NCBI GenBank assembly: GCA_964473155.1
Contig: CAYYNT010000003.1
Coordinates: 69,839-133,838, forward strand
DNA from: an uncultured Gemmatimonadales bacterium
GTDB taxonomy: Bacteria; Gemmatimonadota; Glassbacteria; GWA2-58-10
Length of the DNA: 64,000 nt
Direction of reading: 5' to 3'
Positions 46,070 to 55,156 of the stretch are shown here, in pieces. Below the pieces are notes generated by a model, which was not told the origin of the DNA, ran no database searches, and saw nothing but the letters and a program-made list of their open reading frames with translations. A program made the translations under genes and the position numbers. Within the stretch, counting starts at the first letter, position 1; each line of letters begins with the position of its first letter.

Positions 46070-48319
46070 TCAGAAAGAACACCCGGCTGTTAACCGCTCC
46101 CGCAGCAACGCGGCCAGCCGGGTATAACGAACAGACATACGGGCGTTGCCCACTGCCACGGCTACAGCTTTCGGGTCTCCGGCCAGGACCACCACCTTAC
46201 GGCCGCGTGAAATTGCCGTGTACAGAAGGTTCCGCTGAAGCATCACATAATGCTCGCTCAGCAGTACAACGATCACCGCCGGATACTCGCTGCCCTGGCT
46301 TTTATGGACTGTGACGGCATAAGCCAGCTCAAGATCGTCGAGTTCCAATCCGGCGTATCCAACCAGCCGCCCGTCGAAATCAACCCGAAGATTCTGTTCC
46401 TCGCTGTCAAACGATACTATCCGCCCCACATCCCCGTTGAATACGTCCTTCTCGTAATCGTTCCTCAGTTGCATCACCCGGTCCCCGATACGCAGGTCGC
46501 GGGCGGTAAAGGTCACCTTTCTTCCCTCGGGATTCAGGGCCTGCTGAAGCAACTGGTTAAGCGCGCGAGTGCCGCAAAGGCCTTTGTTCATCGGGGTGAT
46601 AACCTGGAGGCCGGAGGCCGGGTCCACACCGAAAGCCGGTTCGAGGCGTTCGGTGATCAGCCGGACTATCTGCTCTCGCAGAGTATCCGGATCATTCTGC
46701 GGCATTAAGAAAAAGTCGCGGCGGCCCGGCTCCCCCTCGACTGACAAGTTTCCCGTATCAAGCTCCGGGTCACGCTCCAGCGGGACCATTCCCCGCCTTA
46801 TGCGATGGGCGTTGCGTATGATCAAGCTCTGTCCGGCCTGACGGAATATTTCATCGAGACGGTAGACCGGCAGAACTCCACTTTCTATTAGGTCCTTCAG
46901 AACCGTTCCAGGACCGATAGATGGGAGCTGATCCACATCCCCGACGAGGATCAGCGCCGCGCCGTAAGGGATGGCATCCAGAAAGCTGGCAAAAAGAGGC
47001 AGATCAACCATCGAAACCTCATCCAGCACAAATATCTCGCCCTCCAGCGGACGGATGCGGTTATGAAGGAACTGACCGTCCTGAAAGCTCCAGCCCAGCA
47101 GACGGTGGATGGTGGATGCGGCCCGGCCGCCCGATGTCTCGCTCATACGCTTGGCGGCCCGCCCCGTTGGAGCGGCTAACACCACCCGAATCCGCGCTTT
47201 TTCCGCGACATCGATCAAAGCGGCGACGACTGTCGTCTTACCTGTGCCCGGCCCGCCTGTAATCACCGCAATCCGGTCGCGCAGGGCGCCGCGGATCGCC
47301 TCCATTTGTCCGGAGGAAAGACACAGTCCGTTCTCCTGCTCGAATGTTTTCAGTTCTTTATCCCAGCCTGCCAGGCCATAATCCGGAAGCAACTCCTTGC
47401 CAGTGTTTAAAATCGATTCTATACGGCTGACAGCATTTTCCTCTGCATGATAGCAGCGCGAGGAGTAAATAAATACAGCGCCTGAGACGAGATCATTCCG
47501 TACAATCAACCGCCCGGCCTGAACGAGATTTTCCAGCGCCGGACGCAAGGTCTCGATATTAACTCCCAGGAGCCGGGAGCCTTCATCGAGCATGCGGTCA
47601 AGCGGCGCACAGGTATGTCCCCGGCCCTCGAATGTCTCGATCGAGTATTCCAGTCCGCTTGCCAGACGGAGAGGGCTGTCCGGCAACACTCCGAGGTTCC
47701 CGGCGATACGGTCGGCAGTGGCAAAACCGATGCCCTGAATATCGTCCACCAGACAGTACGGGTTCTGCGAGACAAGCTCCACTGTTTTCTCTCGGTAGAC
47801 TTTCCAAATCCTGGCGGCCAGAGATCCGCCCAGGCCGTGACCCTGCAGGAACACCATCGCCCGGCGGATGCCTCGCTGTTCCTGCCAGGCATCCCGGATC
47901 AGCGCAATACGTTTCGCGCCCAGGCCTGGAACCTCGGACAAGCGCTCCGGCTCACGATCGATGACCTCAAGTGTCTTTCCCCCGAAAGCACTCACGATCC
48001 GCTCTGCTGTCACCGGACCCACCCCGCGTATCAGTCCGGAGGCAAGGTATTTTTCGATCCCTTCCACAGTCTCGGGATGGATAAACTCATAACTTTCCAC
48101 CTGGAACTGACGGCCGAAACGCGGATGGTTTTTCCAGACTCCGGTCAGTCTCAAATGCTCGCCCTCATTGACTCCGGCAAGGTGTCCGACCACGGTCAGG
48201 CTCTCGCCGCCGCTTTGCTCGACAAAACGGGCCACCGTGTAGTCGTTTTCCTCGTTACGGTAACTGATGTAGTCGAGCAGTCCGCTGATATATTCCCTTA
48301 CGCCGGCAGCACGGTTCAT
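46070..48319 (-). CDS. recD2: RecD-like SF1 DNA helicase (RecD2 architecture)
   Basis: N-terminal OB/HhH region. Walker A VITGGPGTGKTT and SF1 motifs through to the C-terminal SH3-like end. Confidence 0.9.
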   Translation of the reverse strand: MNRAAGVREYISGLLDYISYRNEENDYTVARFVEQSGGESLTVVGHLAGVNEGEHLRLTGVWKNHPRFGRQFQVESYEFIHPETVEGIEKYLASGLIRGVGPVTAERIVSAFGGKTLEVIDREPERLSEVPGLGAKRIALIRDAWQEQRGIRRAMVFLQGHGLGGSLAARIWKVYREKTVELVSQNPYCLVDDIQGIGFATADRIAGNLGVLPDSPLRLASGLEYSIETFEGRGHTCAPLDRMLDEGSRLLGVNIETLRPALENLVQAGRLIVRNDLVSGAVFIYSSRCYHAEENAVSRIESILNTGKELLPDYGLAGWDKELKTFEQENGLCLSSGQMEAIRGALRDRIAVITGGPGTGKTTVVAALIDVAEKARIRVVLAAPTGRAAKRMSETSGGRAASTIHRLLGWSFQDGQFLHNRIRPLEGEIFVLDEVSMVDLPLFASFLDAIPYGAALILVGDVDQLPSIGPGTVLKDLIESGVLPVYRLDEIFRQAGQSLIIRNAHRIRRGMVPLERDPELDTGNLSVEGEPGRRDFFLMPQNDPDTLREQIVRLITERLEPAFGVDPASGLQVITPMNKGLCGTRALNQLLQQALNPEGRKVTFTARDLRIGDRVMQLRNDYEKDVFNGDVGRIVSFDSEEQNLRVDFDGRLVGYAGLELDDLELAYAVTVHKSQGSEYPAVIVVLLSEHYVMLQRNLLYTAISRGRKVVVLAGDPKAVAVAVGNARMSVRYTRLAALLRERLTAGCSF

Positions 48320-48368
48320 TCTGTCGCTTCCGTTATGGTTTCAGGATTGAGAATTTTTATCATCAACA

Positions 48369-48410
48369 GGCAAAATAACGGCCCGTTGCCTGAATATCAA
48401 GCCACGGGCC
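48369..48410 (-). terminator. rho-independent terminator of tpx
   Basis: CGGCCCGT-loop-ACGGGCCG then TTATTTTG on the minus strand. Confidence 0.6.
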
Positions 48411-48473
48411 GAAATGAAACCAATAAGAACAGAATTGTCTTTATTACCCTTTTTCGAACAAGTCAATCAATAA

Positions 48474-48986
48474 TCAGGCCAGCTTTTTCAATTGAGCCAG
48501 TATTTCATCATAGTTAGGCTCATCGGCGACTTCCTTCACCAGTTGCACGTAGCGCACCACCCCTGACTTGTCCAGCACGAACACTGTCCTGGCGAGAAGG
48601 CTCAATTCCTGTATCAGAATCCCATAAGCCCGGCCGAAATCACCCGTTCGGAAATCCGATAGGAATACCATGTTCTCTATGCATTCCGTGTTCGCCCAGC
48701 GCTTTATCGCAAAGGGCGTGTCGCGGCTTATGGTTACGAACTTGACATCCCCCAGCCGTGATGCCTCCTTGCTGAACCGTTTCGTTTCCAGGTTGCAAAC
48801 AGGAGTGTCAAGCGATGGCACCGCGCTGATTACAGTAAGGCTGCCCTTGAAATCTGAAATTTTTGTTTCCTGTAGATCAGTATTCCAGAGACTCACCTCG
48901 GGAGCCTTGTCCCCGGCTTTAACCTCATTTCCTGATAGAGTAAGAGGATTGCCCTTGAATGTGACCACTCCTTTTCTTTCACTCAT
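48474..48986 (-). CDS. tpx: thiol peroxidase (atypical 2-Cys peroxiredoxin)
   Basis: SAVPSLDTPVC peroxidatic Cys motif and the resolving Cys in NTECIEN. Confidence 0.9.
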   Translation of the reverse strand: MSERKGVVTFKGNPLTLSGNEVKAGDKAPEVSLWNTDLQETKISDFKGSLTVISAVPSLDTPVCNLETKRFSKEASRLGDVKFVTISRDTPFAIKRWANTECIENMVFLSDFRTGDFGRAYGILIQELSLLARTVFVLDKSGVVRYVQLVKEVADEPNYDEILAQLKKLA

Positions 48987-49194
48987 GTCAGTCTCCTGTC
49001 AACGTGATAGTTCAGGCCGTCCAGGCCTTATAGACCGATCCAAATTGCTTCGAGACCTCTCCGCATTGTCCCGGCCCTCCGGGAAAACGCTTGTCTCACT
49101 ATCAACTCTATGCGGCGGATATCCTTCTGTCAAGAAAGGAGGGGGATATTTTACTTTTTTATCAACATTAACGCGCAATCTTAAGAGATCTGCT

Positions 49195-50013
49195 TCATTT
49201 CTGGCATTCCGCACAGAAAAAAGTGCTGCGCTGCTGCTGCACGATCCGATCTATTATCCGGCCGCAAGCGCGGCAAGGCTGGCCTTCCCTGCCGTATACC
49301 GCCAGAAAATTCTGGAATGAACCGCTTTCACCTCGCGAGTCCTGAAAATCTGAAAAGGTCGTCCCGCAATGCTCTATCGCCTGTTTCAGGATTCTTATAG
49401 TGGAAGAATGCAGACGGGCTGTTTCTTCCGTGTCTAGAGAAGCGGGAGAGCGCCGGGGATGGATACGGCAATCAAACAATATTTCTGAAGCGTAAATATT
49501 CCCTATCCCTGCTATCCGGTCCTGGCGGAGGAGCCAGGGTTTTATTTCACCCCGCGCGCTGGCAGTAAGAGCAGCAAGGGCCTCGACCGTGAAAGCCTTA
49601 GTCAGCGGATCGATCCCCCCGGGAACAGCTGCCGACGGCGAGTTCACCACTCGCATCAAGCCGAAACGCCTCAGGTCGTAGAAATGAAGCGCTCCATCGT
49701 CCAGAATCAATCTGGCGCGCAGATGTTTTTCCTGCTGGCCGCCCTGGCAACCATCCATGATCAGGCGGCCGGACATGCGAAGATGAAAACAGAGCCAGAG
49801 CTTTTTCGCAGGAGAGACGCCGACGGACAACTCAATCATCAACTGTTTGCCCATGCGCAGCACCGAGACAATCCGGCCGCCTTTTATCCGGGCCAGGTCC
49901 GGATGCTCAAGCTTGCGATCCAGAATCTCAACGCCGCGGATGGTTTTTCCCATAAGATGAGGAGCAAGCTGACGCGCAACAGTCTCAACCTCCGGAAGTT
50001 CAGGCACATTCAC
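49195..50013 (-). CDS. mutM: formamidopyrimidine-DNA glycosylase
   Basis: N-terminal MPELPEVE and C-terminal zinc finger CRACGRII...FFCAECQ. Confidence 0.9.
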   Translation of the reverse strand: MNVPELPEVETVARQLAPHLMGKTIRGVEILDRKLEHPDLARIKGGRIVSVLRMGKQLMIELSVGVSPAKKLWLCFHLRMSGRLIMDGCQGGQQEKHLRARLILDDGALHFYDLRRFGLMRVVNSPSAAVPGGIDPLTKAFTVEALAALTASARGEIKPWLLRQDRIAGIGNIYASEILFDCRIHPRRSPASLDTEETARLHSSTIRILKQAIEHCGTTFSDFQDSRGESGSFQNFLAVYGREGQPCRACGRIIDRIVQQQRSTFFCAECQK

Positions 50014-50094
50014 CTCTCAATCAGTCTGATAACAAAAGCGCCCGCAGGCCTCGGGCGCTTAGCGGACAGAATATATGAGCCGGGTTTAATGCTG

Positions 50095-51261
50095 TCAGGC
50101 CCCTTTCTGCACGAATGGAGATATTTCACGCAACCGCTCTACGATGCCAGGAGCACGTTCAAGAACCAGGTTGATATCTTCATCCATTGTGTAGCGGCTA
50201 AGGCTGAACCGGATAGAGCCGTGAACCGCGGTGAAAGGGATGCCCATTGCGCGAAGCACATAAGAAGGCTCCAGCGAGCCGCTGGCGCAGGCCGAGCCGC
50301 TCGAGGCGCAAATGCCGAACTCATCAAGCATCAGCAGGATCGATTCACCCTCGATGAACTCAAAACTGATATTGAGAGTATTGGGCAGACGGTTTTTACC
50401 GTTGACACGGGAATCCCTGCAGGTAGCCAGAAGGCCCGCTTCAAGCCGGTCGCGCAGAGTGCGGATCCGTTCGCTCTCCTCTTCCATGCCGTCAAGCGCA
50501 AGTTCCGCCGCGCGTCCAAGTCCGATGATGCCGGGTACGTTCTCTGTGCCGGCGCGTTTACCGCTCTCCTGATGGCCACCGTGAATCAACGGCATGATTT
50601 TGGTGCCTTCACGTACATATAACGCGCCTATTCCCTTGGGGGCGTGAATTTTGTGTCCGGACATGGAAAGAAGGTCAACCGGCGTCTTTTTCAAGTCTAT
50701 CGGCAACTTGCCAGCAACCTGCACTGCGTCTGTATGGAAAAGCACCCCTTTGGATTTGACTATCTGCGCAATTTTTTCAATGGGGAATATCACACCGGTT
50801 TCGTTATTGGCCCACATGATGCTGACCAGGCCGGTATCATCGTTGATAGAGTTCGCCAGAAGGTCAAGGTCCAGCGCCCCGTTGCCGTCCACCGGCAGTT
50901 CGGTGAGACGGTAACCTTTCTTGTCCCGAAGGTAATGCCCCACCTCACGCACCGCAGGGTGTTCAACACGAGTGGTGATGAAATGACGTTTATTCGAAGG
51001 CAGCAGCTCAAGAGTACCCAGAATGGCCTGGTTATCTCCCTCCGAACCGCCTGCGGTGAAAATAATTTCACCCGGAGAAGCATTGAAAAGAGATGCCACG
51101 CTCGCGCGGGCCTGCTCGACCTGCTTGCGCACTCCTCCGCCGAATGAATGCATGCTGGAGGGGTTGCCGTAATAATCGGTCAGGTATGGCTGCATGGCCG
51201 CCACGACTTCCGGGGCGATCATGGTAGTTGCATTGTTGTCGAGATAGACTGTCCGGCTCAC
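50095..51261 (-). CDS. nifS: cysteine desulfurase (NifS/IscS family)
   Basis: GTG start overlapping the nifU stop (GTGA), with GGAGGA 5 nt upstream. PLP-Lys in SMSGHKIHAPKG and catalytic Cys in SSGSACAS. Confidence 0.9.
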   Translation of the reverse strand: MSRTVYLDNNATTMIAPEVVAAMQPYLTDYYGNPSSMHSFGGGVRKQVEQARASVASLFNASPGEIIFTAGGSEGDNQAILGTLELLPSNKRHFITTRVEHPAVREVGHYLRDKKGYRLTELPVDGNGALDLDLLANSINDDTGLVSIMWANNETGVIFPIEKIAQIVKSKGVLFHTDAVQVAGKLPIDLKKTPVDLLSMSGHKIHAPKGIGALYVREGTKIMPLIHGGHQESGKRAGTENVPGIIGLGRAAELALDGMEEESERIRTLRDRLEAGLLATCRDSRVNGKNRLPNTLNISFEFIEGESILLMLDEFGICASSGSACASGSLEPSYVLRAMGIPFTAVHGSIRFSLSRYTMDEDINLVLERAPGIVERLREISPFVQKGA

Positions 51262-52109
51262 TTTTCCTCCACCACGACCAGGTCCTCGGACACGAAAGCC
51301 TTGAGTTTCGGTTCGACCAGGGTTTTCAGGGTAAACTGGGAAACACGGCACTCCACGCAGCTTCCACGCAGCGAAAGAATCACCCGGTCCCCGTCAACAT
51401 CCACCAGTTCCACGTCTCCCCCGTCCTTCTTGAGCTCGGGACGGATCTCGCGGTCGATGGTTTCCTGGATAAGCTGTATTTTCTGGATGTTGGTCAGCTT
51501 TCGCCTGGGCTTAAGTTCCTCTACGGGGGCAACATAAGCTTTCGAGGGGCCGTTGATACGTTCCAGTATCTGTGCGATTTCGTCCTTGCAACCGCCACAG
51601 CCGCCGCCGGCTTTCGTGTAGTTGGTGACCTGATCGACCGTGGCCAGACCGTTTTCACGGATCGCCCGCTCGATTTTTTCCTCTGTGACGCCGAAACAGA
51701 CACACACGACCCGGCCCTCGAGCTGCACCTGGCCGGTCGTCCCATCGCGGTAGTTGCCGATGGCCGCTTCCAAAGCCTCGCGTCCCAGGACGGAACAGTG
51801 CATTTTCTGCTCCGGCAGACCGCCAAGGAATTCAGCGATATCCTGGTTCGTGATCTTCTCCGCCTCTTCAATGGTCTTGCCTTTGATCATTTCAGTCAGA
51901 GCGGATGCCGAGGCGATGGCGCTTCCGCAGCCGAAAGTCTGGAATTTCACATCCTCGATACGGCCCTGGCTGTCCAGCTTGAACATCAGACGAAGAGCAT
52001 CTCCGCAGGCCATGGAACCCACTTCCCCCACGCCATCCGCATCCTTGATGAATCCGACGTTGCGAGGGCGCCGGAAATGGTCCATCACCTTGTCAGTGTA
52101 ATCCCACAT
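51258..52109 (-). CDS. nifU: full-length NifU scaffold (IscU-like N-domain, central BFD-like [2Fe-2S], C-terminal Nfu domain)
   Basis: GSMACGD...FQTFGCGSAIASAS; central CVCFGV...GGCGGC; C-terminal LRGSCVEC. Confidence 0.9.
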   Translation of the reverse strand: MWDYTDKVMDHFRRPRNVGFIKDADGVGEVGSMACGDALRLMFKLDSQGRIEDVKFQTFGCGSAIASASALTEMIKGKTIEEAEKITNQDIAEFLGGLPEQKMHCSVLGREALEAAIGNYRDGTTGQVQLEGRVVCVCFGVTEEKIERAIRENGLATVDQVTNYTKAGGGCGGCKDEIAQILERINGPSKAYVAPVEELKPRRKLTNIQKIQLIQETIDREIRPELKKDGGDVELVDVDGDRVILSLRGSCVECRVSQFTLKTLVEPKLKAFVSEDLVVVEEK

Positions 52110-52237
52110 CTATCGCCTCCGTCATGCACGTTATATTTCAGGAAAGCTGCAATAATCCAGTATAATATAACGTGCAGGTTTTGAAAAGCCCTGCAAAATA
52201 ATTTTCAAAATAAAATTCAAGCGAACAGTGTCAACGG

Positions 52238-53434
52238 TCAGGATTTCTCCCAGTCAGGACATATCTCAGCATGCCTTCTGGCAATAGAGGCCGCCAGCAT
52301 ATCCAGCGAAACGAAATCCTTTTCTGTCGGCTTACCGCGGGTCATAACGGTCTCAAGCATCTCGACTTTCATGCCCTTTAGCATGGACTGAAGCTGCTCC
52401 TCCATCTTCACTCCCCAGCCGTACGAGCCGTACATCGAAACAAAGCGCGCCTTTGGACGCAGCGCGTTTGTAAGGTACGCGGCATAAACCACTTTCGGGT
52501 GCATGCCGTTGAGGATATTCGGTGAACCGAAAACCACCGTTGCGGCATCCACCAGAGCCATGGACAGACGTCCCATGTCGGTCTCGGCCAGGTTAAAAAA
52601 CTCGACCCGGACGCCGCGGGAAACGAGCGACTCTATGAAATACCCGGTCATCTGTTTGGTGCTGCCGTGCATCGAGACATACGGAATGACCACCAGGTTT
52701 TTGGGTGTTTCACCAGCCCAGTCGCGGTAAGCGTCGAGGATAAAATCCGGCTCGCGGTGAAGCGGGCCATGGCTGGGGGCGATCAGACTGATTTTCAGAT
52801 CGCCGATCTTCTCCATGTTGCGGCGGACCGGACCGGAAAACGGCATCATTACCTCTGCGTAGTAACGCCTGGCGGAATCAAGCAAACGCCCCTTGTCCAT
52901 CACATACAGATCGTTTGTCGCCATATGCGACCCGAAAAGGTCACATGAGAAAAGTATCCCGTCCTCACGCAGATATGTGAACATGGTTTCCGGCCAGTGC
53001 ACCCAGGGAGCGTGAATGAACTCCAGGGTCCTTCCACCCAGGTCCAGGGTCTGCCCGTCCTCCACTGTTTCAATCCGCTCCGCATCCAGTGTCAACAGGT
53101 CAAGCAGCATGCTGCGGCCTTTTGGAGTGGCCAGGACTTTAGCACCAGGGAAGCGATCGAGAGCATCCGGCAGGGAGCCAGAATGGTCCTGTTCGGCATG
53201 GTTAGAGACGATATAATCGATTTTTTTCACTCCCGCGTTCTCGATGCGGGCAAAAAGAACCGTCTTGAACTCGGGTTCCACGGTATCTATAAGAACAGTC
53301 TTTTCCCTGCCCTGCACGAGGTATGAATTGTAACTCGTGCCATCCGGCAAAGGAGTTATTTCCTCGAAAAGCCTACGGTCCGGATCGATTACTCCGACCC
53401 AGTGCACGCCTTCTGTAATCCTGCGAGCCTGCAT
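52238..53434 (-). CDS. flavodiiron protein (FprA-type: metallo-beta-lactamase-like diiron domain plus flavodoxin domain)
   Basis: SNHAEQDHSG (H-x-E-x-D-H) diiron motif and a C-terminal flavodoxin-like domain. Confidence 0.85.
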   Translation of the reverse strand: MQARRITEGVHWVGVIDPDRRLFEEITPLPDGTSYNSYLVQGREKTVLIDTVEPEFKTVLFARIENAGVKKIDYIVSNHAEQDHSGSLPDALDRFPGAKVLATPKGRSMLLDLLTLDAERIETVEDGQTLDLGGRTLEFIHAPWVHWPETMFTYLREDGILFSCDLFGSHMATNDLYVMDKGRLLDSARRYYAEVMMPFSGPVRRNMEKIGDLKISLIAPSHGPLHREPDFILDAYRDWAGETPKNLVVIPYVSMHGSTKQMTGYFIESLVSRGVRVEFFNLAETDMGRLSMALVDAATVVFGSPNILNGMHPKVVYAAYLTNALRPKARFVSMYGSYGWGVKMEEQLQSMLKGMKVEMLETVMTRGKPTEKDFVSLDMLAASIARRHAEICPDWEKS

Positions 53435-53573
53435 AAACCAATTCCTTATTAAATCAGGTTAATTCTGCATTTATCGGAGCACATCTCTTGCCGTGCTGAA
53501 AAAGAAAAAGTGAGAATAAATATTATTATAAATCACTGTTCGCTGCAAGCTCCATTCTGAGGCGAAACGCCTG

Positions 53574-54098
53574 TTAATGCTTTTGTGGCCTGCATTTGAT
53601 CCGGTTCATTTCCTGTTTCATCAGATCGAGGATCGCCCGCAGTTTGTTTTCATGCTCCTGCTCCTGAGCCGCAAGCATCTCGAACAGCTTGCGGGTCAAA
53701 TCGCGGCTGGAAAACGCCGCCGTGCTTGAATACAATTCTGCTGCGGCATGTTCCTTCGGTATCATCCGCATGACAATTTCAAGCACTTTCTCGACATCCC
53801 TGCATTTTTCTTCCTCGGACAAATCTTCCTCATGGATGGCCAGCGATTCCTCGCCCACGGACATTGTCTTGCCGCGCGCCTCGTTCAGCTCCTGTTGAAG
53901 GATTTCCAGCGCGGCCCTGAGCTTGGCCTCATGCTGCTCCTCCTGCTCAGCCAGCCTGGAGAACAGCACCCGGACCATCTCCGACCGGGCCTCCTGCGCC
54001 GTGGTCAGGAAAGCGTCGTGCGCCTGGCGCTCCTTGGGGATGCTGCGCACCACCACCTCGATCATGCGCTCCAGTTGTTTGACAATTTCCTTATCCAT
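53574..54098 (-). CDS. ferritin-like diiron protein built from two homologous half-bundles (rubrerythrin-like)
   Basis: Internal duplication: ...SRLAEQEEQHEAKLRAAL... and ...EMLAAQEQEHENKLRAIL..., each half carrying an E...ExxH pair. Confidence 0.55.
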   Translation of the reverse strand: MDKEIVKQLERMIEVVVRSIPKERQAHDAFLTTAQEARSEMVRVLFSRLAEQEEQHEAKLRAALEILQQELNEARGKTMSVGEESLAIHEEDLSEEEKCRDVEKVLEIVMRMIPKEHAAAELYSSTAAFSSRDLTRKLFEMLAAQEQEHENKLRAILDLMKQEMNRIKCRPQKH

Positions 54099-54111
54099 TT
54101 ATGGCTCCGGT

Positions 54112-54819
54112 TCAGGAGGGGAATGTTATCTTGCCGCCGAAATATCCGAGTCCAATCACTGTCGGGGCCAAGGCCAGGACAGCCATGGAGTACGTCCAGT
54201 ACCAGGAGCCGCTTCCGGCCATCACTGCTTCGGTCTTTGCGAAAAGAATTGCAAAAGCGGCGAGCAGCAACACTGCCAGCAGAATAGACAGATAGGTTTT
54301 CACGCGATAGATATGCGTCCAGATACCGCTGTAATTGTAGTACCAGCTCAACAGTCCCGTGGTAATGGATACCGGAGTCACGAGTGCGGCGACAATCAGG
54401 TTGTAATAAGCAGCCTCTGTCATATGGGGCAGTGGCGTAACCATACCGAGGAAAGTGAAAAGCGAAGCCGAAATACACAGGGCTATCGGAAAATGAACGG
54501 AGATCGGGTGCGGGTGCCGGTCCAGTATTTTCGACACCAGCCGCGACGGCGTTTTCAGCGCGGTCTGCATGGCCGGGGATTTTTCCCCGGGACCGATCTC
54601 GGCTACAACCGCAAACTTATCCAGCACCTCTGCGCCGTGCGGAGCGGCTTTAATGGACTCAGTCAGGTCCCTTCCGGCCTGGTGTGTCTTGAAATGCTTT
54701 CCGTTCCGCCATAACCGGCTCGTGGAGACATCATAAATTTTGCCCTCGAAAGCCACATAGGATTTTTTTCCATCAACACCATCGTGTTTCTGAAGTTCAT
54801 CCTGTTCCATGCGGTCCAT
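54112..54819 (-). CDS. cytochrome-b5-like domain fused to a DUF2231-like 4-TM membrane domain
   Basis: N-terminal KSYVAFEGKIYDVSTSRLWRNGKH...HQAGRDLTE (cyt b5/steroid-binding-like fold) followed by four TM helices. Confidence 0.45.
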   Translation of the reverse strand: MDRMEQDELQKHDGVDGKKSYVAFEGKIYDVSTSRLWRNGKHFKTHQAGRDLTESIKAAPHGAEVLDKFAVVAEIGPGEKSPAMQTALKTPSRLVSKILDRHPHPISVHFPIALCISASLFTFLGMVTPLPHMTEAAYYNLIVAALVTPVSITTGLLSWYYNYSGIWTHIYRVKTYLSILLAVLLLAAFAILFAKTEAVMAGSGSWYWTYSMAVLALAPTVIGLGYFGGKITFPS

Positions 54820-54982
54820 TGAAAGGGCTCCCTCTGAAACCGGCTGATTTGATACAAGACTCAGTGGGGATTAGATCGGCTAAAGAATTTGAACCTAAAG
54901 ACTTCTTCCAGGTTTTATACGAGTTATTTCTTATCCATCCCGAAGCTTGACTCAATAATCCGAAATTCAAAGTAAAGATAGC

Positions 54983-54999
54983 CTTGATAGAGTATCAAG
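54983..54999. promoter_or_regulatory. CRP/FNR-family-like palindrome TTGATA-gag-TATCAA, about 165 nt upstream of the O2-detox operon
   Basis: Perfect 6+6 inverted repeat. The spacing is one nucleotide longer than the canonical FNR box TTGAT-N4-ATCAA. Confidence 0.3.
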
Positions 55000-55090
55000 T
55001 CAATGCCAGGACCGGTTTTCGCGGATTATCAATAAGAGGCGAAACTTTGAATGAACTTAATCCTGCAAAGATTTGTTTCACGCATCAGGA

Positions 55091-55131
55091 CAAGCAAAAG
55101 CCGGGGTTCCCGGACAATCGGGAACCCCGGC
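55091..55131 (-). terminator. strong rho-independent terminator after the PorV-like gene
   Basis: GCCGGGGTTCCCG-attgtc-CGGGAACCCCGGC followed by TTTTGCTTG on the minus strand. Confidence 0.8.
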
Positions 55132-55156
55132 CTTCAGGAAATCAGACCGCAGTGCT

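Noticed and set aside
47615-48517. 300-aa plus-strand ORF
   Set aside because: Antisense to recD2.
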